Of a stretch of DNA of 64,000 bases, positions 12,977 to 25,141 are shown piece by piece. How positions within the stretch are numbered: the stretch's first letter is position 1; every line of letters begins with the position of its first letter. Origin of the DNA: Trichoplax adhaerens. Taxonomy: Eukaryota > Animalia > Placozoa. The notes beneath the pieces are model-generated. The model was not told the origin of the DNA, did not search any database, and saw only the letters and a program-made list of their open reading frames with translations. The position numbers and the translations under genes are program-made. Location of the stretch: contig NW_002060952.1 in the NCBI RefSeq assembly GCF_000150275.1, positions 1,168,452 to 1,232,451 on the forward strand, given 5' to 3'.

Positions 12977-13132
12977 TCAGCCAAAGTTTTGTAGATTCCT
13001 TCTTGTTCACTACGAAATCCGAAGCCAGCCCAGCTTGCTCAATCTGACTCTAATCTGAAATCCAAAAATATAATTTTGTAAAATCATATTCCAGCTCTAA
13101 AAGCCTAAAACTCAATATTTTAAAATTATAAT
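12977..13132. mobile_element. 156-bp insertion flanked by a TAGCTA duplication
   Basis: TAGCTA at 12971-12976 and 13133-13138; the segment is absent from the paralogous flank at about 8982. Confidence 0.5.
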
Positions 13133-13793
13133 TAGCTACCGTTGTTGATCTGGCTACGATATGGAATCCATTCCATGCCTAGTAATTCTGTATTTGTTTA
13201 ACTTAAAATAGGTCACTTCATTCTTCATCGATTAATTTAATGTCTTTAATACCGACTGTGCGATGCAAGTATAATAGCAGAAGGGCTTCTATGCTAACTA
13301 TAAGATTTCGATAATAACTAGTAACAACAACAACTACTAATGTTGATCTGACGGTTACAATTAAGTCTAAATATGACAAAAGTAATAATACTGATACTAT
13401 GTATAGATTTTTATTATTAAATGTTTATAATATTCTATATGTTATTAACTAAAATTAATTGTGCCAAGAAAAATCGTGTTCATACATTTCGGACGATTTG
13501 CTATCTTTCGATTAAGCCTATCGGCTGGATCGTAATTAAATTTCTTATTAATGCTGTAGTCGGCGAGTAAGTTTTAATAGTTTCTATTGATGTTGATTAT
13601 GATTAATTGCGACTCAGATCGCCCCTTATCAAAAGAAATAATACTTAATTAATCTAAAGTTTTTGAAATTTTGTTAGCTTTCGAAATAATTTAGACACTA
13701 ACTATGAAGAGAATGATTAATTCTACTTTCACGATAACACAACATGAGTATTTGAGGCCTTTAATTTGCATACTTTGCAGAGCTACTGAAGCT

Positions 13794-14810
13794 TTATCGT
13801 AATAGTATTTTACGAAAGATTGAACATTGACAACAGCATACCAATGAATATAAAACTTTTCGGAACTTACTACTAGCTAAATTATATAAAAGTGGATTAA
13901 TAAGTGGTGTTAAGACATATAATGTAGCTGTAAGAATCCAAAGATGATAATTATTTACAATAAATGGTCTCCTAAAAAGGGGATTATAGTACAGATTAAT
14001 TAAAGTGTAGTAATTTAATAATACATAAGGAATACTAGATGTAGAAGTAAATATTGAAATTAATAAAACAGGAAGAATAGTACGCCGCGTACTTCTTTCT
14101 CTATTAACGATCGGTGATGGAGACGATTCGATGGCGGCCATTTTTTGAGTAAACTTATAAGCCACCATTCCATATACGATTAGCATTACAGCGATTGGAA
14201 GAATACATGTTGCACTAAATAATATGATGCAAATTATTAACAAAGCATAATTGCTTATTCGACCAATAGTGCAATCGTATGGATAGTGAGGATCCAATTT
14301 AGCATGAATAGTAGGAATAATCGCCGATATGGCTGCTATCAACCATATAATTACGATGATTTTACGTACTATTGGCTGTTTAATTTTACGAAGACGAACA
14401 ACCGTAACAGCTTGATAACGTTCAATACTCATAACTAGTAATGTCAAGCAAGCGCCCGGCAGCGATATGACTGCGATAGCTATGTTAATAGTGCAGGGGA
14501 CGCTGGTATTCTGATAGGATGTAAAACCAGTAACGGTAAAATAGTCTAAGATACCATTTAGCACAGTTGCTAATGAAACCAAAAGATCAGAAAGTGATAA
14601 ATTTAAAATCAAATAATTGAATGATTGTCGTAACACCGAGTGAGTGATTATAACTAAGCAAACGAACATGTTTAAGATAAATCCTACCAAGCCAAGGGAT
14701 AAATAAGCGTAGAGTGTCACATTGACACTATCAGCGCTATAGTTAGAGGTTTTGTTGGAAATCATGCTAAGATTATAGAAGTTCGCAGGAGTTGAAATAA
14801 TTTTAGACAT
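13794..14810 (-). CDS. Intronless class A GPCR, 338 aa (subfamily B)
   Basis: 7TM; NLSLSD, SIERY, YPYDC in ECL2, LP..Y, NPLLY, KFRK helix 8, CCC putative palmitoylation site. Confidence 0.93.
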   Translation of the reverse strand: MSKIISTPANFYNLSMISNKTSNYSADSVNVTLYAYLSLGLVGFILNMFVCLVIITHSVLRQSFNYLILNLSLSDLLVSLATVLNGILDYFTVTGFTSYQNTSVPCTINIAIAVISLPGACLTLLVMSIERYQAVTVVRLRKIKQPIVRKIIVIIWLIAAISAIIPTIHAKLDPHYPYDCTIGRISNYALLIICIILFSATCILPIAVMLIVYGMVAYKFTQKMAAIESSPSPIVNRERSTRRTILPVLLISIFTSTSSIPYVLLNYYTLINLYYNPLFRRPFIVNNYHLWILTATLYVLTPLINPLLYNLASSKFRKVLYSLVCCCQCSIFRKILLR

Positions 14811-15526
14811 AAAATTACAAAACTAAAGTAGTAATAATTAACGTATTCACGCTAAATGTTTCAAACTTAAAGATAGAAAGGAATTTATAAAGATAAATAA
14901 ATTACGATTGAAAATAAAATTTTAGTTCATCCACTCCGATATATAAATAATACTGTAGCTCTAGTTGGATTTAAGACGAATGCCGATTGCCAATATTTTG
15001 CTTAGGGCTTGCTTACAATTACTATTATAAGTAGAAAGTGATGGATGTTAAATAGATCTTGTTGTCAAAATCCTAACAAAGATGTAAACAAATGAAATGG
15101 ATTGAGATACAATGCATTTAAAATGCAGTTTAAAATAAATAAGGTCAAAAAAATATGAAAGGCAATCGTAAAATCAATGAAGTTAATAACATTCACTCGG
15201 AAATTTATTCAGTAACTGATTAAATCGGATTGAACATCTGCTTTGCTGAGTCCGAAAAAGTGTCAAGTTATTTTTTATTGTATGTTTGTAAAATTTATTC
15301 TAAAAGAACGCCGGAAAAATTACTTGAGGTAAGCAATATGGAAGTTAATTGTACCATTCTTATGGAATGAAAAGACGAATAGTTACGAAATTCATTCAAT
15401 TTATAGTATTATACTCAACCTATACACGTAAAATCCTAGCGGCGGTGTAATGGTTTGATGTTCTAATTTCGTTTGCCTTCTTATTTTTTGAGAGCTGCAT
15501 ATTAGCGCTTAAAACTTTCGTTCATC

Positions 15527-16224
15527 TGTCACAATTTAAACTCTGCGACATGGAAACGTATTGTAAATATCTATAATTTTCTACTGACTTGAACGCTCTT
15601 TTACTAAACTCTAAACACATAGAGCAAAGTAACGTAAAGACAGGAACTTTAATAACATAGACACATTTACGACTTTTCACAACTAAACTCAACTCAAATA
15701 TTCCCGTTTATCTCGGAACCGTCTAATTTATAAACAACAACAATATTGTTATATCTTACTAGGAGAGACATCTCAAACTGAGATATTTTTTACATAGCTT
15801 TTTATCTTAAAATATTTAAAACCTATTACTCTGTGATAAAACGATCTTCAAAATAATAAATCAAGAACTACAGTTTCTTGCAAATTTCACTTTATTACAG
15901 AAGTTAGGTTCGTCCAACTACCAAGGACTATCTGACTATCTGACAATCTACTTATTACAGCAAAATTCACTATTTATATACTCATATTTAATCTTAATCT
16001 GAGTATGGATGTTGTCTAGTTCAAATATCATTAGCTAGAATTTGAATTATCTTATTAATATCTACACATAGCAATGATCAATATTGAATATGTAATAAAT
16101 TATCGCAAATAATATCCACGTTAAGGCATTACTTATCTTATCTAGCACTACAAATATGAATATTTTAAATATTAGCTATTATTGTACTATTAAATTATCC
16201 TAACGGCAAAGTAACACCGTAACA
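15527..16224 (-). mobile_element. Solo LTR, family 1, with nested insertion
   Basis: TGTCAC...GTAACA; exact TSD TCATC (15522-15526 / 16225-16229); colinear with 3953-4504; 546 bp once the nested element and its TSD are removed. Confidence 0.9.
15832..15978 (-). mobile_element. Nested mini solo-LTR-like element (147 bp), family 2
   Basis: Starts TGTGAT (other end decayed to TTATA); exact TSD TACTC (15827-15831 / 15979-15983); absent from the complete family 1 copies; reverse complement resembles 30569-30693. Confidence 0.8.
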
Positions 16225-16814
16225 TCATCTTAGCTTATATCCTGAACTTTACAATAATATGCGATAGGTTGATTGACTATTAAATGAAAAGATAGATCTA
16301 CTTGAAAATAGACCTAGATTTTTAGGTGAACTGTACAACAGTAAAGTGTAGTTAAACAATAAGTGTCACTAAATGTATCAATACCTTGAAAATTTTACTT
16401 AGAAGATCATTTGAAAAACTTGTACCATTTAATACTATTGTTACAACGCTAATTAAGACCTATGTTACGATAAGCATATATTCTAATATCATCAAAATAG
16501 GTATTGATTTATCTCTAAAATTATGCATCGGCAATATAACCTAAAGATAGGAAAAAGGAAAGGTTGTAGTTTTTTTCTACCATGAGCAGAACAGTATGTG
16601 TACATTTTACTTACAAACAATAGAGTACATATATTTTGTCCGTAACCCTAGTGATAAACTATCTATATATAACAATTACTACAACATATAAATTTATACT
16701 TCACGGTGATCTAACACCTTTACAATACCTCTATTTACCTAATTCTGAGCGATATACTGCCAAATATAGTTAAGATTAAGATTGTAAGATTGTAGGAGAA
16801 TAGTTCAGCTTCTA

Positions 16815-17186
16815 TGTTAAATTGCAAGGTAATGTATCTATTTGCAGATGCAATTCTAGTGTGATGTTCGTATCAAGATTCTGAGACATAATTAGTTTAC
16901 GCTAAGTATGTGGGTACGAAGAGATTTATATTGTGACGTTTTAATTAGAAGAGAGAAAAATGAATAGATCGCAATAATAAATTTAGATCTAATCTTGCGA
17001 CTTAATAGGTAAGATAGGATTATATCACTAAAGAAATCACTCTAAGTGATTGTATATGAATCATTGATTTAGCTATAATAATTTAGATAATCCTTAGTAG
17101 TAGTAAGACAAATCCAATTTACGTATAAAAGTTTACGAGAAACCTTAGCTCTGTTTTTGTTATTTTGAAGATATTTATTTATCATA
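16815..17186 (+). mobile_element. Degenerate LTR-like relic related to 5532-5879 and family 2
   Basis: Shares ordered motifs (tgtta.att, gatgcaat, caagatt, gctaagtatg, tatatcacta, ctgttttt.ttattt) with those elements; no TSD found. Confidence 0.4.
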
Positions 17187-17649
17187 TATATACGCTTGGC
17201 AAAGATCTTTCATAATATAGATAGCATTTTCTATCACAATTAGCACACTTTTAAAAATCAAGGGTAATACTTAAATTGAAAAGTATAGTCAGACCGGCTC
17301 AAATTTGAAGAGTTACAAAGTATCGTGCCGGGACTGATCAGAAACCGTTAAAATCATTCAGTACGAATCTATAAGAAAAACATTACTGTCAATCCGATTG
17401 AGAAAAGTTATTCATTAGCGTATAAGTAATATTCGACCTTAATTTATAATTTGAAGACTCTTACAGTTTATGTAAAAGGGCCGTATTACAATACTTTGTT
17501 ACTAGCTAAGTAGTTATTGATTAGTGAATAATGAACACCTTAAAATAGTCTAGATAATGTCATATGGTATTCTTAATGTTTCTTCTTGCTAGGCATGTAG
17601 TAAATATTTTGGTATTAGAATTGTAATATAAAATACAAACTATTACGAA

Positions 17650-18452
17650 TTAATTCGCCGTCGAATGAAAGGCGCGAAAAGCTCTAATAATGCAATTGAG
17701 CCGTATATAGATGGAGGATGCCGACTTTACCGGATTACTACTTTTATGAAAGATTGAGCACTGGTAACAGCACACCAACGAGTACAAAACTTTTCGAAAC
17801 TTTCTTCTAGCTAAATTATTTAAGAGTGGATTATTAATTGGCGTTAAAATGTACAATATAGTCGTAAGAGCCAATAGACCATTGCAGTTTCTTGTAAATG
17901 ATTTTCGAAGGTAAGGATGATTGTATTGATTAATTAAAGTGCTGTAATTTATCAATATATGCGGAATACTAGACGCAACAGTAAGTATTAAAATTAATAA
18001 AACTTGAAGAATCGGCTGCCTCATAATTTTTGCTCTATTATATATTGACGATCACTGATGGAGCCGATTGAGTAACAATCACTTAATGAGTTATCTTGTA
18101 AGCTACCATGTAATACACGGTTAACATAATAGAAATAGGAATAATACATGTTATTCCAAATCCTATGATGCAGATTATTAATAAAATATAATTACTTATT
18201 CTACCAGCGCAATTGTTTAGACAGTAGGGATCCAATTTAGCATTAATAGTAGGAATAATAGTAGATGAAGTCGCTATTAACTACATAGTTAAGATAATTT
18301 TACGTACTATTAGAAGTTCAATTTTACGAAGACAAACAGCCGTAACAGCTTGATAGCGTTCAACACTCAACCAGTAATGACAAATATGCACCAAGTAATT
18401 CTATTACTCCAGTAACAACATTCACAACACAAAGAATCTTGACTTTCTGATA
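17650..18452 (-). pseudogene. 5'-truncated GPCR pseudogene (subfamily B)
   Basis: Homologous to 13794-14810 from ECL1 onward (SVERYQAV; NNPLLN in TM7); frameshifts; TM1-TM2 replaced by a retrotransposon fragment. Confidence 0.88.
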
Positions 18453-18730
18453 ACTTACGCCAGTAAGAAGCTAACAAAAAGCGAAAGAATTATTTCTAGG
18501 CCAAAAAAGAATGCTTAGCCTTTGTATGGACTTTTTAAACTTTCAGAGCTTATTTATAAGGTCAAGCTATCGGAGTACATGCAGACCATCAACCTTTGGT
18601 AAGGATTCTCTACCTGAAGGACGGCAACCAGCGTATTATGCAATGGTCGTAATTGATTTGTCAGTTTACTTTTTCAATTGAATATAAATCCGATAATAGT
18701 GACAGTAATGCAAATGCATTTATCTCGGTT
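18453..18730 (+). mobile_element. Decayed Ty3/Gypsy pol fragment (RNase H domain)
   Basis: Translates as YASKKLTKSE...KECLAFVWTF*TFRAYL*GQAIGVHADHQPLVRILYLKDGNQRIMQWS*LICQFTFSIEYKSDNSDSNANA/LSR, matching the Gypsy RNase H pattern (YASR.L...E.NY, EKECLA..W, TDH.PL, RW, IEY.PG..N..ADALSR); three in-frame TAA stops plus frameshifts. Confidence 0.88.
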
Positions 18731-20202
18731 CTAACTTCTAAATGTCGATTCCCTGGCTCGGATTTTAATGAGAGAGCTCAAAGGTCAAATCTGTTCTGAT
18801 CACCCTTAATCTCGTATTAAATGTACACTATAACGTATTTAAAACCATAACATAAATTTACACGTATACTAATTTAAAACTAAGAATAACGCAGCTAACA
18901 TTATTTACTAGTATTAATTTACATACCTGCGAAAATATGCAGTAGCTGCGCGTAAATGTATAGAAGTCATAAAAGCAAGTTATTTTACAATAAAGAGAGT
19001 TATCGTTTGGATCTTCGTAAAGTTTGGTACCTGTGCTTGAATGTCATTGGAAGCAATTTATGGGCTTCAAGAGTGATTTTAACGGTATTCTATACTGATT
19101 TTAGTAAAACAAACACCATCTGATTGCAACTTATTAATACTTTTTAATTAGCAAGAAGATATTGATATTTTTACGTCATTTAATCCAAATTTAATTCATT
19201 TCAAGAGACATCAAAGTTTTTTAGCAATATAAAATTATAAATTTAGTAATCATTAATTATGTATTGGACTGTCAGAATTACATCTATTTTAGTCTCTTTA
19301 GAAAGAATACCAATAAATGTATTCCAGTTTTCAGAACTTTTTTATCCTTAGAATGATCAAATTTGAACTTTCACCTCAGATCTCATTTAAAATTATTATT
19401 AATTCGGTACTTCTCTATTTGCAACGATGTCGAGATTTTGCATGATTGCAACTCTCCTACCAGGCGTATCTCTGAAGTAGTATAGGGTACTAATGTTGTG
19501 TATTAAAATCTTTCGATGATTTAGTTACTAAATCAAAAGATAAAAGCTATCAAATTTGTTAAAAAAAGAGGAAAATAGTAATAAGACACTGCTATTTTTA
19601 TATTGCGAAATTTCTGTTTGCTTATTACAGATCAAATTTGATCACTATCCTGAACTTTATCGCGCCTTTGTTATGTTATGAACGAAATATTTTAGGCGTA
19701 TTTGTATCCAATGCCATAAATGTATCCTTTAATAATTAAGTATTCAATAGACTTTACTCTTTGCAGCTATTCAAACTATGAAATAAGGCGTGATAATTTA
19801 ATTTTTGATTGATTTGAATATATTCGAATCTAATTGAAAATTACCAAGTGGAGAAAGAATTGCTGCAGTCACGTCGTTTAGTTTATAGATAATGGGTCAT
19901 TTTGCAAAATATAAAACTAAAAAAAATTCCATATCTAAATACTAAAATTTCTTGATTTATTTATTATATTTTTCTGCCGTATAATTGAATTCATTAATAG
20001 AATCCAATTATGTTAAGAATTTTATTTAGGAAAGAGAACAGGTGTACACATATGAAGCTAGTTTTATTTGATAGATACTGGGAGTGAGTAGAATTGCTTT
20101 ACGGTTAGATAGATATCTTAGTACACATTCATTGAAATTCTGTTAGGTAGCCTTTAGCCCACATTTTTAGCCATCTTTGCTTGCAACTGTTCATTAAACA
20201 GT

Positions 20203-21138
20203 ATGAATACTAGCGATTCTATACTTTCGAATATAACTAGCAAAACAAAAGTAGCCATTGCCGTATCTAAACTTACTGTCGGTATCATAGGTATTATTAT
20301 GAACTTATTAGTTTGCTTTATCATCGGAACTCATCAAAATTTACGTCAACCCTTTAATCATTTACTTGTTAGTTTGTCAATATCTGATTTAACGATATCT
20401 TTCTCTGTAATCTTTAACTTATTCATTAATGTCCTGGACAATCAATTTCCCTTATCAAACTGTGCCGTCGTTATTTGTAGATTTGATAACTTCTCAAGCT
20501 TCACGTCGACGAGTGCTGCTGCTTTAACGTTAATGTTTATTAGTATAGAACGTTATCACGCGATCGCTGGTATGCACATCCAAAAATTAAAATTATCATC
20601 TACACGCAAGCTTATTCTTATCATTTGGATCTTATCCGCAACAGGAGCTATTATACCTACAATTTACACAGACGTTAAATTGAAAACTTATGATTGTACG
20701 ATGCTTGCTATTGATAACCTGACACTTGTTATCGTTTGTTTTATTTTACTTTCTTTACTTTGTATACTTCCAACGGTAACCATGCTTATCATTTATTTCG
20801 TCATAATTAACAAACTACTGAAAACCTATAATAGCAAGAAATTAGAAATTAACTCGATCACTATAAAAAGGCAAAAAACTTTACGTCATAATATTCTTCC
20901 TGTACTGGGTATTTCGATTCTCTCAGCAGCAACAGCGATTCCTTATCTATCACTGAATGGCTTTTATTTAATCGGTAGTTATGCGAATCCAAATTTTAAG
21001 CGTTTGTTTTATGCCGAGACAGAAAAATTCGATTTAATCAGCAGCCTATTTTTCGTTATAAGTCCAGTAATTAACCCTCTCTTATACAACTTAGCTTCCT
21101 ATGAATTTCGAAAAACCTTGTATTCAATGCTTAAGTAA
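20203..21138 (+). CDS. Intronless class A GPCR, 311 aa (subfamily A), C-tail truncated after helix 8
   Basis: 7TM; SLSISD, SIERY, NPLLY, EFRK; TAA sits where paralogues have the Cys codon, and the old tail frame stays open to 21252. Confidence 0.88.
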   Translation: MNTSDSILSNITSKTKVAIAVSKLTVGIIGIIMNLLVCFIIGTHQNLRQPFNHLLVSLSISDLTISFSVIFNLFINVLDNQFPLSNCAVVICRFDNFSSFTSTSAAALTLMFISIERYHAIAGMHIQKLKLSSTRKLILIIWILSATGAIIPTIYTDVKLKTYDCTMLAIDNLTLVIVCFILLSLLCILPTVTMLIIYFVIINKLLKTYNSKKLEINSITIKRQKTLRHNILPVLGISILSAATAIPYLSLNGFYLIGSYANPNFKRLFYAETEKFDLISSLFFVISPVINPLLYNLASYEFRKTLYSMLK

Positions 21139-21605
21139 AATCACCGTAGTCGAACACATACCGGTATGAGCAATACTATTCCCATGAAATTCCGAGTTCA
21201 TAAATGTATATCGAATAAAGCCACAACTCAAAGAGTTTTCCTTATAGGATAAAATAAGAATTTGGCAGCAGAAAAAGAGCTCTATGACTAAAATTATTCC
21301 AGAAATTATATCTTGCGAAGAGATCGATACCAGGTCAATCAATAAAAAATTAAAGAACGATATGATGATTATAAATACAAAAGTAATGATGTATTAACCA
21401 GCTCCATTGGCACATGGTAAAATTTAGCCGTACCGATATATAAATGCCTTAGCATATATTTTAAAAGAGCGTATGTTGCAAAGGTACCTTCGGCATAACA
21501 AACTACAAACTTCGTAAAAGAATACGATAGAACAAATCAAGTTTCTATTTTACAAGGCCGCACAAACACTTCTGAAACGAATATTCGTTAGATTGTTAAT
21601 TTCAT

Positions 21606-21838
21606 AGTTATAAGAGGGTCAATTACTAGAAAATTAGCGTACAGTAGGTACTATGGCTATTCTTCTCACAATTTTTCAAACAGTGAACGCATCCAAATCT
21701 ATGTAATTACCTTTATTTACCGTTCTTCTACTTCTCAAGAACAATTACAATTCTCTAACCACTAGTTCCGGAATCTCACTCGACTGAACTAAAATCTATA
21801 GTCCTAGCAATAGTTCACCGTTTATATTTATGATAACA
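21606..21838. mobile_element. Possible degenerate solo-LTR-like insertion
   Basis: (A)GTTAT...ATAACA ends; near-TSD TTCAT/TTTAT; absent from the paralogous flanks. Confidence 0.4.
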
Positions 21839-22023
21839 TTTATTGCGATGCAACTATAACAACAGGAGGACTCCTATGTTAACAACAAGGTATTGATAAT
21901 AGCAACTAATATTGATCTGGCGCTGGTCTAGAATTATGTGGCAATGAATATGATCTAAGCTTAAAAATTTTAAAATATTAGTCTATGATAATTTTGATTT
22001 AAAAGTGCACTTTATTATTACCT

Positions 22024-22386
22024 TGTAGTGCCGTGACTTTAGTACTTGAGTTAAGTTCTTAATTAAGTATAGAATTACTAATATGCACTACCGTAGGCTA
22101 TAATACTTTCGTAATTTAATGCGATTAGTTGTTCATGCCCCGGCAAAATATGCCAATTCAATGCCCATCCTTGGCACGTGGAAGCGTGATAATGTTACTA
22201 CTATTACTAAATAGGTCATACGCTAGTATTTATAAGCGTATGCAACGAGTGGATCGAGAATTCTCCTTGTTCACAGTTTGTTGTAAATACAGATACGGTT
22301 AGTTTTAATTGTAATAAAGCTTAATTCGGATTTTAAATCCAGTTAGACCGATTTATTGTGAATCCTTAAAAATTGACCTACCACCA
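22024..22386 (+). mobile_element. Solo-LTR-like insertion (about 363 bp)
   Basis: TGTAGT...CA; flanked by ACCT on both sides; TATAAG at 22231 and AATAAA at 22313; absent from the paralogous flank at about 9355. Confidence 0.65.
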
Positions 22387-24219
22387 ACCTTTATTCCATG
22401 AATGTCAGTGATAATTATTTTTTGGTGAGCTGATAGATAGCATGTATAAATAATTAGGAAATAGAAGCTGTGCAACCCATTTAAAATATATTGGAAAATT
22501 AATAACGAAAAAATCACTTCATAGTATTAAATACTGCGGCCATACGGTCTATTACTATTATTTACTACCAAGTAAGTAGCAGTGTTACCGTGTTTATTAA
22601 AAAATCCGTGATTTTACAAAATGCCTAATTAGCATCAGAGTGTAGCGCATAAAAATAGTTTATTACTTAAATTTTACTGTTTAATTAATATAACAGTAAT
22701 AAAACTCCAAATTACCTAAATACGCACAGCTAGCTTGACAGCAATTGACGCTGCTCCTCTCTAAGAGAGTCAACCCTTATCCATTTCCATAAGGCCTGTT
22801 GACAAACATTTTGTTAAATTCTTCTTAGTCAATTCAAGTAAAAACTTAACTTAACCTATCATATAGTATTCCTTATGCTACTTAATATTTAATATGATTC
22901 CTTCAAGTGTAAGGCTCCTGACTAGGTATGATTAATGAGACATGCTAATGCTGCTTACCAAAGTGCCCTGTAGTCTCACTTAAGGTTACAGCTAACATCT
23001 CTAGTATCATCCACCAGCTCTACAAAAGAACCTTAAAACTATAAGGTGATCTTAATACCACTAGTCCACTCAGGTCTAGCGTCACTATCTTATTTATCAG
23101 TACTATGGCCTCACTATAAACTACTTTCCTACGCCGTCATAATGGCCTATTATCTGATGAGCTAGGTTTGCAATTAGCTTCCGTATTAATAATACATGCA
23201 AAGTAAAATGATTCGTACTTCTATAATCGCTGTTCAAAATACGTATCATATACTGTACATGATGTCATTTAATTCAATCATCATTATTCGAATAACATCA
23301 GATCATTGGTGTTATGACACATTCTGACTAACTTATTCTAGATTTGATTTGGCATTCTCTATGTAAATTATATTCTAAGGCAGTACGAATTTGGAGTTTC
23401 TTAACGCTAGACAAGTTCGTTAGCAGTATTTAATGCAATCCATTACTATTGTCAAATAAATGTACATTATAAAGTTCAATTTATTAAACTTTTTCGATTA
23501 TTTCAAATCTTTTTTTATAGCTTTTATAATAAGATCCATTTAATATTTATACCTCTTACGTAAATTAGCATTCGTAATAAAGTCCTAAACGAGAATTATC
23601 GGTAATTAATGTTCACCTTAGCGTGATAAGAATCACGGTATTATGTATCAAAGCTCTTGCAATAAAAAATTTAATATTAACCTTATTTTAATTATCACGA
23701 ATTTATATCTATCTTTATGTTTGGAATACTTAGCGTAGCTTCGATGTTAATTATTACTCTGATTCCATAATTTTATGTAGTAAAGGACTAAAGGTAGAGT
23801 CCTTTGTAGCTTTTAGTATGTAACTAGTATTATTTTACTATAGGAAATACCTAGAAAATGATAGTGTCTTTAAGTTTTACCCTGCCAAATCATCATGTCG
23901 CCATCTTTTCTTCTTCATTATTTTACAAGGTATTATATAGATTACTATAGAAGTAGCCCTAGAGCAATTGCCTAATCTAAAGAAAGGGTGTTTGATCGTC
24001 TATTCAAATTGTAAAGGAATTTGACTTAGTAACAAAATCCTATCCTTAGAGAAAGGAGATTTTATAACATGACGATAAAGTACTGTAATGTAGTCTATAA
24101 TCGTACAGTTACCATACAATCTGACGCTAAAACATCAACTGCCAATACTCAGCGATACTAATGTCAGAAAAGTAGTCGTGATAGTCATATAAAATTTTTT
24201 GATTAGCGAAATAGCGATT

Positions 24220-25110
24220 ACTGTAATCTTTATAAAATCCGGATTTTTTTCGGATTCGGATTCCGGAACCGGTCGGATTTATGTCCGATATAATTTTCCT
24301 GTTTTAATTTTTGGATTTTAGTTTATGAAAAATATCATAAGAGTTGATTTTTGAAATTTGAACTTTTTGTTATGAATTTGAAACTTTGGAATTTTATGAC
24401 GTGACCTGAAGTCACATTAGGAGAATTTAGTGAGGAAAATAGAAAATAAGATGGAAATTGGCAGAGGTTGTGTTGATTGTTAAGTTAGACTGTTATTTTT
24501 AAAACTAAATCTTGATGTTCAAAGGTTGATTTTTAGACTTTTATAGTGTATTAATGATAGAAATTATGTTAGAAGTGAAGTTTGATGTATTTTTATAGTT
24601 AGCGTGTTAGTTTTATAGTGTTCTGTAAAGGAATCGTAGGGTAAATTGTGTCTGAACTTTGAATGATTTTTGTTTTCTTAAATGGTGCAAAGTAGTTTTC
24701 TAAAACGGATCTTAAGAGCGATTGGTTTGCAAATGTTTAGTTTTAAATACCTCTGACTGCTCTACGAAGCCTATAAATGATAGTGCAATTAGAAAATTTA
24801 GGGGCAAAAGAGAGAAGAAGATTTTATTTGAAGAACTTGTTGAATTTAAAAGGCCTTCGGGTCGAATTGTCGTAAGTTAAAACGTTCTTCTTTTTGAAAG
24901 GTTGTTTGGTCGTTGACAGTTTTTAAGACTGTCACTTATTAATACTTAAAGTTAAGCATTTGTAAGGTTGTTCGGTTTATACTTTTCTCCATTTTTTTAT
25001 AATAAATTGTTGTTCGGTTATTTCCCCAAATTTTATTTGGCGTCAAAGTTTCGTTACGTCGACCGGAGTGCAACGAAAGTAGAATCAAAGTTTGTTAAAG
25101 TTTTGTAGCT
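24220..25110. repeat. Probable transposon relic with CCGGA/CGGATT motif cluster and strong G>C strand skew
   Basis: tccggatt...cggattcggattccggaaccggtcggatt at about 24238-24280; about 19 C vs 77 G in 24301-24660 (hand count); boundaries approximate. Confidence 0.45.
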
Positions 25111-25141
25111 TGATTTCTACACTTTTCATTTCATTACATTT

